Assembly: GCA_951406725.2 (NCBI GenBank)
Contig: OX597821.1
Span: 41,664,001 to 41,728,000, forward strand
Length of the DNA: 64,000 nt
Reading direction: 5' to 3'
Origin: Octopus vulgaris
Lineage: Eukaryota
Under the pieces are notes generated by a model. It was given only the letters and a program-made list of their open reading frames with translations. It was not told where the DNA came from and ran no database searches. Both the position numbers and the translations under genes were made by a program. Positions 26,036 to 38,004 of this stretch are shown in pieces (the stretch's first letter is position 1; each line of letters starts with the position of its first letter).

Positions 26036-26816
26036 TGCATGTATTTTAGTTTCACATGGTCCTTCAGAAAGAGAGCATCTCTTCTTTCAACAAATATCAA
26101 TATCTCCAATACTTTAGAACTAATGATAAGCTGTGTACAGAAATCTGAATTTCGACTTTCTCTTATTGTCTTCGCTGAATCGACAATCGTTGTCTCCGTT
26201 GTTCAACGAACATTCGTCGTCACACAAGTCCACTTATACAAATAGATTCTCCTATTTTAAAATGTCTTGCATATGCTTTAAACCCAAGCACTCGCTTCTC
26301 TCCTTTTAATTTAGTCGATTATCTGAAGTGTATTTAATTTCAGGAAATATGATTGTCCGGATAGAGTTAATCATGTTTAGTAAAAGTAAAATATCAAGGA
26401 TTTTTATTTTAGTTTAGTTCGATTCACTTTCGTTCTGTCCTTTTCACTGTTTGCAGTCCTTTTGACTACGGCCATGCTGGGACATAGTCATCAACCGTTT
26501 TTCCTGTCGTCAACAATATCGTTCCCAGTATTTTGTCTGGCCTTTATTTTATCGACAGCGAAAGATGTAAAAATGCAAAGTGGGTTCCGATATGAGGGAA
26601 GACAACTCAAACGGATTTGAACAATGCAAGGTATTTCTGTTCAAATGTACCGGTTTTCATTTCACTTTGATATTAACTTACATTGTATCGTTATATCTTA
26701 AATGTCAAGTTTTCTCCGCGGGGCAAGTCTTTGTTAAGAAAAATATCCAAGTGGATGTTGTTGTTGCTATTTAATTTCAAGTCACCCCGAGGGAACACAC
26801 CTCTTTTATAAACCTC

Positions 26817-27770
26817 TGTAAGAACGACCGTGTGCAGAAGAGGTGATGAATGAATGACTCCTTTAATACACCGCACGGTCGCTTTACAATAAAAGCAAAA
26901 ATGGATAAATGAGTATGAGTGCCAGAAGGAGAAGAAAGACACAACCGATAGAAGGTTTAAGAGAAGATTATATTTAGGTGTTAACATGTGTGTCTGTGTG
27001 TTCGTCATAAGTACATATGTAATAATAACAATAGACAGGCCATCATGTATACAATAATGTCTATGTGTGTACAAACAAGGGTGTATGCGTGTGAGATAAA
27101 ATACAGAGCATAGAAAGAGTCTATAACAGGGCGTTAGAAGAATGTTCAGACACAAGATAAATACCAGTTCGTAGTAAGGTACACAATAGTTGAAGTGCAG
27201 TAACAAGAAGTTGTGGCGAAGAAGCAGAGCCGGTTGAAGCACATGTCGTGTAAAAAGTTGTGGCTACTATGCCGCTGCCGGTCACTTGATACAGGAAGTT
27301 CTCGCAGGTTGTATTGCTGTTAACCATGGTGAAGTAATTCACAAACAGTGAGGAGATAAAACCTGGGTGTACGTAGAGAGGTGTTGTTGGCGACGGAAAT
27401 GTAGGTCCTGATACTGCTGGACGAAGTGTTGATGTTTCTCCATGTGAACTGCTGGTGTCGTCTGTTGCTGGAACTGGTTGTGTGCTCTGTGGTCAGTGGT
27501 TAGACCTTAGAAGGTCTAGAACCGAAAGACGAAATACGGTGTTAAAGCTAGCTTTTTATAGGGACCAATAGGCGCAAACAGAGATTTAGAAGAGACTGTC
27601 TCACATGACCTTATCAAAAGGCTACAATTGGTTGGATTGCACATTGGCGCGAAACAGAGCAAGAGACAAACTGCGCCAATACCAACCAATCAGAGTAGTG
27701 GACACAACAGGGTCCAAGCGGCCGAAGACTAGCTGTTATCTACTACGTCCGTATTCATGTTTATATAACA
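26817..27770 (-). mobile_element. Solo-LTR-like element (~954 bp)
   Basis: TG...CA termini; minus-strand TATAAAAA 27553-27560, CCAAT/E2F cluster upstream, ATTAAA 26862-26867 near the 3' end; no matching TSD. Confidence 0.7.
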
Positions 27771-28199
27771 GAGAGAGAGAGAGAGAGAATTTCACTAAGC
27801 GTCCGCTACACCTCTATTATAAATGTATTTCGTGTTTTAAGAGGGTAGGATATGATATGAGGGTGATTTGACTGCTACTTCTTGCAGGTCGAATGACGAC
27901 CAAGTTTAATATACTCACAAGGCCTGTAAAAAACTTTCTCGTTGACTCCTTTACCAAATAGATTTTGATATTGTTGTTTAACTCCAGGCTAGACCTGGTC
28001 GAGTAGACTCACGATCAAAAGTAGTCCGGTGATGACCGTCCCCTCAAACTGTATGTCAGGAACCACAAAATCTAACCGGTCATTTCCCCTTCTTTTCTTT
28101 TTGTTTAACGACGGTAAAGGATAACGACTTCGAGCCAGAGGAATTGGAAGTTATTATTACAGATATTCAGGTGAGAGATGAGACGTGGAGAGACTGGAG

Positions 28200-28895
28200 T
28201 TTACGTATGCACAGACAAAAATAATTCCAGGGTTAAATAAAGAGTGTATCTTAAACGGTGCATGCTGAAAGTGAACAATCAAATCATTAAGCAGGTATCG
28301 TTCTTCAACTACCTTGGAACGTCGATCACAGAAGATGCAAGATCTGCGAAAAAGACCAAAAGAAGAATGGTGCTGGCAAAATCTATATTCTCAAAATTGT
28401 ATAACATCTTGAGAATCGATCTCCGTACTCTGAGCATCAAGACTAAGATCCGTATATTGAAATGCTACGTCTACCATGTGTTAATGTATGGAAGTCAGGC
28501 ATGGTTTTACATCGGAAATAAGAAGATGCTTGGAGAGCTGGGAAATGTGGTTCTTAAGAAGAATATTGAGGATAGCATGGACACACCAAGTGACTAAAGA
28601 TGACCTGGTCTGCGGTAAATAGAAAACTGCTTTGTGAGATAAGGGCCAAACAACTGAGATTTTCGGTCACCTGATGAGAAAAGAGTGTCTGAAGGATTTA
28701 GCGACGGCCGAGAAGATTGAAGAGAAAAAGAAGCAAAGGGTTGGAAAGGATGATATGGATGTCAAGCTTGGCTAACTGGTTGGAAGAGAAAGACATTAAA
28801 CATCAGAAAGTGGGAGAGTCGCAGAAAACAAAGAACAAAAAATTGTGGCAGGATATGATCGCCTATATCCTACAGTTTGGGCATGGAACCAACGA
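28200..28895 (+). mobile_element. RTE-like LINE ORF2 3' remnant
   Basis: IKQVSFFNYLGTSITED...LSIKTKIRILKCYVYHVLMYGSQAW, later WQDMIAYILQFGHGT, then a (GA)n tail. Confidence 0.85.
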
Positions 28896-31256
28896 TAGAG
28901 AGAGAGAGAGACACACACACACAGAGAGAGATAACCTGAACAGTAGAGATGGATTATAGACAGAGGATGAGAAATGTGTGTCATGAAAAGGAATAGCTTT
29001 GTGGGGAATAGCATACTTATAAAATATGAGGGGAATCTAGGCCGAAACGGAAACTGTGGGGTTTAGCTCCGGTTTGAGGGCTTTTGAGGAAGTGTAAAGA
29101 GTGATAAGGAAACGGTTGTTCTAGGAATCTCCTGCCTGGTCTGAATGCTTGCAACAGACTGAACTCTACAAATGACTATAGACCGGCGGGGAGGGGTTAA
29201 ATCGAGAGGTGTGATGTGCTAGAAATTAAGAAGGGGCTGATGTATAGAAAAGAGCGCCTTTGATAACAGATTAGCTCGATAAGGATTGACCTGGGGTTAA
29301 ACAACAACAAATTAAACACTTACTTATTATCTGGTAACGTTGTGTCTTACTGGCAGCTGTGAAAGTGAAACGAATAGATCTACAGATATTCCATAAGACA
29401 TCAGGTGACAAGAGTACTTAATCCCTTCTGCATCTATCAACCTACCATTTGGAGCAGTATCTTAAAACTGAATAAAACTGTAAAGATACGAAATGTTTGG
29501 AGGCTTCTTTTTTTTTCTTTTTTAGTAGATATGTCATTTTTAGAACAAAAATATTTCTAAAATATACCGAAAATTGTATGAAAATTTAACACAACCATAT
29601 ATCATTGCGAGATCTATAATTGGAATAGTTTAACCCGATGAAATATTAAAGATTTCAATAACCAAATTTTTATTTCTCGTGGGATCTCGTTTGTCAAAAT
29701 TATATTAGTTATTATCGAACTATGAAAGAAATTGTTGATATTATTGGAAATAAGATTTTGCAATCCAACAGACACACAGTTTATGATGGTAGCATGAGTG
29801 ATATTTCTTGAGATGTATGTGTAAAATGGTATTTCTGTTTCCCGTTCTTTCTCTACCTCGTCCTGGAGGTGCATCGTTCTAATCTAAATAAGATTTAAAC
29901 GTTTGCAGAAACACAGAACTCTGCAGATGGGGAAATAGAATAATGTGTATAAATGGTTTTCTCATATGCGAAACGAACAGCAGATTCGAAAGCAATTCAT
30001 CGATTGGCGTCAAGATCTTTCTACCATTTCTTTAGAGTTTCTTTAGTATAACGATATCTTTAATGACGACAATTACACACCATACCATCAAGTTTTCAAC
30101 TTAGTTGTTGTTAACTTAGGTAAGAGATGAAATTTGCATCTTAAATATGCAAATCTGGAAGGACGCATTGAATAGATAACGAAGTCCTCGATACAGAATC
30201 TGACTATATGGTCACATATGGAACGGTTTTGATAACAGGTTCTCTTTACCAGAGATATCCTGTTTCGGCCGATTTCCACCACCATTATATTTTGCAGTTG
30301 TGTCATGTTGATAATAAAACAATTGCTATAATATCTCAAGAAATATCACTCATGCTACCATCATAAACTGTGTGTCTGTTGGATTGCCAAATCTTGTTTC
30401 CAATAATATCAACAATTTCTTTCATAGTTCGATAATAACTAATATAATTTTGACAAACGAGATCCCATGAGAAATAAAAATTTGGTTATTGAAATCTTTA
30501 ATATTTCATCGGGTTAAAATATTCCAATTATAGATCTTTAATATTTCATCGGGTTAAAATATTCCAATTATAGATCTCCCAATGATATATGGTTGTGTTA
30601 AATTTTCATACAATTTTCGGTATATTTTAGAAATATTTTTGTTCTAAAAATGACATATCTACTAAAAAAGAAAAAAAAGAAGCCTCCAAACATTTCATAT
30701 CTTTACAGTTTTATTCAGTTTTAAGATACTGCTCCAAATGGTAGGTTGCTAGATACAGAAGGGATTAAGTATTCTTATCACCTGATGTCTTATGGAATAT
30801 CTGTAGATCTATTCGTTTCACTTTCACAGCTGCCAGTAAGACACAACGTTACCAGATAATAAGTAAGTGTTTAATTTGTTGTTGTTTAACCCCAGGTCAA
30901 TCCTTATCGAGCTAATCTGTTATCAAAGGCGCTCTTTTCTATACATCAGCCCCTTCTTAATTTCTAGCACATCACACCTCTCGATTTAACCCCTCCCAGC
31001 CGGTCTATAGTCATTAGTAGAGTTCAGTCTGTTGCAAGCATTCAGACCAGGCTGGAGATTCCTAGAACTACCGTTTCCTTATCACTCTTTACACTTCCTC
31101 AAAAGCCCTCAAACCGGAGCTAAACCCCACAGTTTCCGTTTCGGCCTAGATTCCCCTCATATTTTATAAGTATGCTATTCCCCACAAAGCTATTCCTTTT
31201 CATGACACACATTTCTCATCCTCTGCCTATAATCCATCTCTACTGTTCAGGTTCTC

Positions 31257-31317
<61 letters not shown>

Positions 31318-31367
31318 GGTGCCGTGTCCAAACTGTAGGACATAGGCGATCATGTCCTGCCACAATT
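28841..31367. repeat. Long inverted duplication: arms 28841-29814 and 30333-31367, spacer ~518 bp
   Basis: Continuous reverse-complement match, e.g. 28981 tcatgaaaaggaatagctttgtggggaatagc vs 31174 gctattccccacaaagctattccttttcatga, with scattered substitutions. Confidence 0.95.
29418..30340 (-). mobile_element. Possible piggyBac 3' remnant
   Basis: TTAA-TCCCTT end at 29418; minus-strand fragments YSNCFII, RICCSFR, YFPICRVLCFC resemble the C-terminal Cys-rich region. Confidence 0.35.
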
Positions 31368-31369
31368 CT

Positions 31370-31508
31370 TAGGAATGAGTGCCCAGGTTCGAAATTTCCC
31401 CAAGACACCTGATGAAGGCTGAAGAGTATATCAGCCGAAACGTTGTGTTAACAACAAACAAGATAGGGACAAATATCCGTCAAATGTAAATAATGTAAAT
31501 AATGTAGA
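31370..31508 (+). mobile_element. Penelope-like/retrozyme terminal fragment with (AATGTAAAT)n tail
   Basis: Contains the hammerhead motif and ends aaatgtaaataatgtaaataatgta. Confidence 0.65.
31404..31449 (+). ncRNA. Minimal type I hammerhead ribozyme, intact core
   Basis: gacac-CTGATGA-a-ggctga(agagtata)tcagcc-GAAA-cg-TT-gtgtt. Confidence 0.75.
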
Positions 31509-31549
31509 TATTTTTATATTTTGGGTTTGATTGGTTGGGTTTGGTTTTT

Positions 31550-31681
31550 GCCAAATAAATACATGCACTATATTTATATATATTCGTTCTTCACTGCAGC
31601 TTTATTATTATTCTTGCAAAAATAAGAACAATAATAATGTTGAAGTGAAGAACGAATGCAAAGATCGTGTGTTTATTTGGC
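31550..31681. other. Stem-loop, pre-miRNA-like or small MITE
   Basis: attcgttcttcactgcagctttattattattctt / aagaacaataataatgttgaagtgaagaacgaat, outer pair gccaaataaa / tttatttggc. Confidence 0.55.
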
Positions 31682-32457
31682 CCCCAAAAAAATGACCGTC
31701 CCTAAATTTAACAATATGCTATATGCTTACTATTGCATGTAAAATTTTGTAACAGTTGTTAGGAAATGAAACACGGGTAATGGTGAATAAATACCAAAAA
31801 CATTTTCTAATCCCATGTTTTGATGTATGTATGTATGTATGTATGTATTACAGGGAGGTTTTATTCATATACGTTCTTAAACAGATAAAAGAATGTGTCT
31901 TAGAGAATGGGTGATTCACCAAGCCAGAGATCAGACGAAGATAAACTCAGCTTCCTCTACTTTAGCAAAGAGATGATAACCTATGTTAAACAAAGCCAAG
32001 AAGACAAAGAAGATTTTCAAAACACAGTCTTAAAGTGACAAGAACACTTTTCTTAAAAATGACATCAAATTATTTTCAGTAGAATAAAAAAAAAATCAAT
32101 TGGTATTTTATTTATCATACGTGAAAGTAATAATTACCTGAATTTCCGTTCTCTGAAATATTTATTAAATAATTAGCCTCATTAAATTAAGGAAATAGAA
32201 GAAATCAGTGTGATGTTGTGATGTTGATGCTTTTCTTGTGATATACATAACTGCTTCAATAGTTAAAACAAATTGAGTCTCGTCCGCTGTATAATTACTC
32301 TACGATAGACTTTAGAAACAATGGTACATTTGAATTACTTTGAAGAATGAAAACATGTATGTGTGTATGCGTGTATGTATGCATGTATGTATGTATGTAT
32401 GTATGCATGTATGTATGTATGTATGTATGTATGTATGTATGTATGTACGTATGTATG

Positions 32458-33610
32458 TCATTCAGTTTATTTCAAGATTTCTTGCCAATAGAGAAAGAAT
32501 CGGTTTCTCACCTAGATCCAAGGCTCCTTCATTGGAATTTCAACATCAACAACAAGGTATTTTTGTATGTATGTATGTATGTATGTATGTATGTATGTAT
32601 GTATGTATGTATGTATGTATGTATGTATGTGCAGATTTGTACGTTTGATGTATGTATTCTCATGCATATAGTTGCATATCTAGACATGCTCATATGTATT
32701 TAAATGATAAACTTCTGGAAAGTTTTACAGATATTTACAGTTCCAGTGATGGATTGGATCTATAGTCTTCGAATTAACTTTCCCTTTTCTGGTTTTGAGA
32801 AGCCTAAGTTCTCAAGATTGATATTTAGGTAGTGTGTTTCATATCCCAGAGCCCCAGTAATTACAGGTATAAACCTAAACTTGTAATCTGGATAGAGTAA
32901 CTGCATATTTCTCAATAGTTCGGCATAGGTGTTCTCTTTTTCTCTGACCTTCAGCTTTATGTTAACATCCGTTGGGCAGCTAATTTCCACAACTGTGCAC
33001 AGTTTCTCTTGTCTATCCCAAATCATTATATCAGGTCTTTTGAGCTTACATTTATTGAGGCCTTCACTGGTACATTCCCCCAGTATTCCTTTTTATTGTG
33101 AGCGGCTATGGCTTCTACCATATTGTGGGTTCTTATTTCTTTGTCCTCGGGATTTTCAATCCGGCGGATTTCGTTATAGAGTATCCTAGCTACAACGTCA
33201 TGTCTCATCGGTAGATAATACCGTGATGCTTTTGATGTGGGAGATATCTTCAGTGTGAACTCCACAAAGTCTGCATCGGTTGCTTTTCCTGCATCTCTAT
33301 CCCTTTTGTGCATCAAGTACTTGGTTTATATTTCCTGTTCCTGAATTTGCAAACGCATACCCTTCAACGTGGGAGGTAGTAATCCGGCTATAGGTTCATG
33401 ATAAACTGCTTTAATGATAGATGTTACTATCATCACGGAGCTTTCTACTGACATATCCATGCATAGTTTTCTGCTCATACGGGCTCGTCCTTTCATCTGA
33501 TGATATGTTGCGGTAGAGTCGTGTGGCTTCTTTGGCATGTATTCTAGGTTATCAGGCAAAGAGTGTTGCTCAAGGAGCTGCCTTTCAAATCTTATGATGT
33601 TATCAGCCTA
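32458..33610 (-). mobile_element. R4/Dong-like non-LTR retrotransposon 3' part (RLE domain) flanked by (ATAC)n
   Basis: YYLPMRHDVVARILY; PDIMIWDRQEKLCTVVEISCP...KENTYAEL...IPVITGALG. Confidence 0.85.
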
Positions 33611-33859
33611 TGTATTTATATATGTATGTATGTATGTATGTACGTATGTATGTATGTATGTATCGTACTGTTTCGTTATTAGTGGAATCAAGAAAAAGTA
33701 CTCCAACCAGCGAGAGATAAATATCATTTATATACACAGGGTTTCAAATGCGAGCTACTATAAGTTTCGTGCTTCTGATAGTAAAATAGTCCGACATATT
33801 TTGGGCCTGAAGTATAAGTGTCTGTATATGTGCATATACATGTATGTATATATGTATAT

Positions 33860-33954
<95 letters not shown>

Positions 33955-34170
33955 CATACATTCCGAGGATGGCTTAGCTGGCTTAAACTTCGAGGTCACT
34001 GTTAATAGTATTCTTGTTAAAGTATAATTAATTTCTACTCAACGACAGTATGCAGTCATATGGATTAGGCAGATGAGAGAAAAGAAAGCAACAATTACAA
34101 ATAAAGGAATTTGGGAATGTTGAAAAGTATTAAGATGTATGTGTGTATATGTATGCACATACATCTAAGT

Positions 34171-34221
<51 letters not shown>

Positions 34222-34228
<7 letters not shown>

Positions 34229-34404
34229 TTGTTTCAGTCATTTGACTGCGGCCATGCTGGAGCACCGCCTTTAATCGAGCAACTCGACCCTGGGACTTAT
34301 TCTTTTGTAAGCCCAGTACTTATTCTATCGGTATCTTTTGCCGAACCGCTAAGTTACGGGGACGTAAACACACCAGCATCGGTTGTCAAGCAATGCTAGG
34401 GGGA

Positions 34405-34438
<34 letters not shown>

Positions 34439-34610
34439 TATATATACATATATACGACGGGCTTCTTTCAGTTTCCGTCTACCAAATCCACTCACAAGGC
34501 TTTGGTTGGCCCGAGGCTATAGTAGAAGACACTTGCCCAAGGTGCCACGCAGTGGGACTGAACCTGGGACTATGTGGTTGGTAAACAAGCTACTTACCAC
34601 ACAGCCACTC
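34222..34610 (-). mobile_element. SINE family A, young full-length copy
   Basis: Close match to 38005-38390, 41652-42040 and 60032-60420. Confidence 0.9.
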
Positions 34611-34623
34611 TATAGATTTTCTG

Positions 34624-34789
34624 TGGAATTTAGAGCCAGCACTGAAAGTGACGATATTTCGTATACGAATACGTCAATGAAGAGAATACGATCAAAGCAG
34701 GTTCTAAATTCTGGACTTCGATTGTTTTGTTTACGTAGACGTATTCGTATACGAAACGTCGTGGCTTTCAGCACTGGCTCTACATTCTA
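34624..34789. mobile_element. Hairpin MITE
   Basis: tagagccagcactgaaag...tttcgtatacgaatacgtc / gacgtattcgtatacgaaa...ctttcagcactggctcta. Confidence 0.75.
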
Positions 34790-34892
34790 TTAAAATACGG
34801 TGTCCCTGCTAGTAATTAATCATCGTTAATTTAAGATATGAAAACAGGAGAAATTAACTGCCATTTAAGTGACCCTTGGGATTAATATAGGA

Positions 34893-35285
34893 GCAAGCAC
34901 GGCTGTGTGGCTGAGAAGTTTGATTGACAACGATGTAGTTTCTGGTTCAGTCACACTGTGTGGCACCTTGGGAAAGTGTTTTTTTACTATAGCCCTGAGC
35001 CAACGAAAGCCTTGTGAGTGCATTTGTTAGATGGAAACTGTGTGGAAGCCCGTTGTGTGTGTGTGCACGCGTGTGTGTGTTGTGTTATATTTTGTGTTTG
35101 ACCCAATCTATCATTTCCCAACCGGTGTTGATTTGTTGATGTCCTTGTAACGTAGAGAAAAAGGGACAGATACTTTAAGTAGCAGAGTCTAAAAAAGAAA
35201 TCCTGGGATTGAGTTTTTCGACTAAATCTTTCAAGGCGGTGCCCCAGCATGGCCGCAGTCCAATGACTGAAACAAGTAAACGCGA
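34893..35285 (+). mobile_element. SINE family A
   Basis: ggctgtgtggctgagaag...gccccagcatggccgcagtccaatgactgaaacaagtaaa. Confidence 0.85.
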
Positions 35286-35287
35286 AA

Positions 35288-35610
35288 GACTAGAATAATA
35301 ACCCACAATTGCTTATATTGCCCTGTTTATTCCTCAGATCCTGTTCCATATTGTATCACATTTGATACAATGGATCTCAGTACACTAAAAATATTGATAT
35401 TATTTGACTAGAATAATAACCCACAATTGCTTATATTGCCCTGTTTATTCCTCAGATCCTGTTCCATATTGTATCACATTTGATACAATGGATCTCAGTA
35501 CACTAAAAATATTGATATTATTTATTCGTTTATGATTGATACTCGCAGACATAAACAATAAAATATTATTTATTCGTTTATGATTGATACTCGCAGACAT
35601 AAACAATAAA
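35288..35610. repeat. Two abutting perfect tandem duplications (118 bp x2, 48 bp x2)
   Basis: Units start at 35288/35406 (gactagaataataaccc) and 35515/35563 (atattatttattcgttt). Confidence 0.9.
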
Positions 35611-36751
35611 ATAAAAACGTCTGATATTTCTTTTTCTCGGGGTCCTCTATTCAATTTCTGTGTTCATTAATTAGTTTGTTCAATCTATGATATTCGCCTT
35701 AACGGATTTACGCATGTACAATTTTCAACTTTATGGAAATTTCGCTTTCCTTTTCCTCCTGAATAGATTTTACGAGTAAGTAGATTTATATTACGTAATT
35801 AATCTAATTGTTTTATTAGCGAATTAATTTAATTACTTTATTCCATTACTGTGTTTCCGTTGCAATAAATATCACTCAACCAACTCGTTATTTTTTTTTT
35901 ATTTCTTTTTTGCCTATAAACACATTTTTAAAAAGTTTCAGTGAAAAATCAAACCACTTTATTTTGCAATAAAACTTCCGAAACTGATCGGACTACGATT
36001 TTGAAACGGTTTGATAAATATGTATTTACACCGAACGTTATTGCTGGCGTTTAACTTCTGGTCAGCCCTGATTGAACAGATCTATAATCAATGGTATTCC
36101 ATCCGTGACCATCCCGTTTTTTTATATTTCGGCTGTCATCTGTCTGACTACGGCTGTATCACTTGGAATCATGGATGTCTTGGCAGTATGTGCCTTCGTT
36201 AATTGCTTTGGTCTCTATAATCTCGCTAGCAGACATAGACACTGTCACAGGCTTGCCACCCATGACCTACTAGAATAAATGATGCAACAATATGGGAATG
36301 AGAAAGGGTTGCACCAGTACTTGGCTTGTTCTTTCCACTGAGCAGTTGAAATGATGTGACTTGGTCAAAGATCCACGAATCGAACCTTCAACGTCATGAT
36401 TGTCAGCTCAATAACTTAACCATTAGGCTACATACTTTCATATCATCATCAAACAAGGACTACATCAAGACTGTCGGATGTGATTTAAGTGAAATCTGGC
36501 AGCTATTTCTAGCACAGCGAGCGACCACGTCGACTCTCCTCTTTGCTGGTTCCTTTTTGAATGAGATGTTTGGTTTGGAACAGTGCCAAGCTTAATTGCC
36601 TTATAGCAATTAGTTTCGAACTTAATGAGTATATTGAACGAGTCGTTCATTGATTCGATTTACTCTTCAATGTGTCTTAACTGTAAAAATTAGACTTGAA
36701 ATTAATTAATATATGGAACTAATTAACATATGAAAGTAATTAACATATATA

Positions 36752-36982
36752 TTTTTTTACTACCCACAAGGGGCTAAACACAGAGAGGACAAACAAGGAC
36801 AGACAAACAGAATAAGTCGATTCCATCGACCCCAGTGAGTAACGGGTACTTAATTTATCGACTCCGAAAGGATGAAAGGCAAAGTCGACCTCGGCAGAAT
36901 TTGAACCCAGAACGTAACGGCAGACGAAATACGGCTACGCATTTCGCCCGGCGTGCTAACGTTTCTGCCAGCTCGCCGCCTT
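36752..36982 (-). mobile_element. SINE family B (inverted partner at 37175-37350 +)
   Basis: Reverse complement of the 7797 copy. Confidence 0.9.
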
Positions 36983-38004
36983 TTAAACAATGATTGATAT
37001 ATCATAGCGGAACAGGAATAATTGACAAGTATGAAACAACGAAACTGGTGAGATGTGACGATGGCCATCGCCTTGCAGTAATCTCTCTTCTGGTTTGAGT
37101 TTAAAACAAAATGTAAGTCGAAAGAGCCACGGGGTTTGTTTCTAGTAAAACGAGATCAATATTTATACGAAATAAGGTGGCAGAATTGTTAGCACGCCGA
37201 GCTTAGTGGCATTTCGTCCGTTTCGACATTCTCAGTTCGAATTCGGCCGAGGTCGACTTTGCTTTTCATCCTCTCGAGGTCGATAAATTAAGTACCAGTT
37301 GCGTACTGGGGAATAGATCTAACCTCTCCGCCGAAATTGCTGGCATTATGTAGAGGGTTCGTTGTACCCAGTGTGAGACGACTGTTGTTATCGTTAGGCC
37401 TAACTCATCGTAAAGTCAATACCACCATGACCGATATCCAATCTACAGTGGAGAAGGCTAGCCACTGGATTTGGTTAAAAAGAGACGATGAGCGATGACT
37501 AGAAGAATATTGAGCTTTATTTGATAACCAGCTGATCTAGCATTGATGCCGTCGATATATAGGCCCCGAAACGGCGCGCATTCTCTCCTGATGACCCCAT
37601 ACACTTTCTGGCTTCCGGTATGCGGAGTTTTTGACTGGTAGCACTTGCATGTGCAAGTTGTTTGCAAGACATCGATTTAAAGTGCAGTTAATTGTAGATA
37701 GAAGTAAAGTTAAACTCGTGGACACTACTTTAAGGAGGTTAAAGATCTCTAATGAATTACTGGAAGTCGATTCGTGCTGAACAAACAAGAGATATTTCAC
37801 ATTCTTTTTCATTGACGTCATAAGTTTTTTAAATATATTTTTATGGAGTTTTTGTGTTTGGTTTGCAATATTCTGAATGTGAATTCGTGTGCTGAAACAA
37901 ATCTCATAGTGTCTTGGGAGGGTCATTCCACCAATAATAATAACCACACTCACTGGTCCAATATCACTTCTTTATTGTTACTCAGTTGGTTGGACCAATT
38001 AACT

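Noticed and set aside
26691-27242. 183-aa ORF
   Set aside because: Non-ATG start, crosses the LTR boundary, no recognisable domain
37560-37600. GAAA...CTGATGA, a possible permuted hammerhead
   Set aside because: Flanks (cccc / cccc) cannot form stem II
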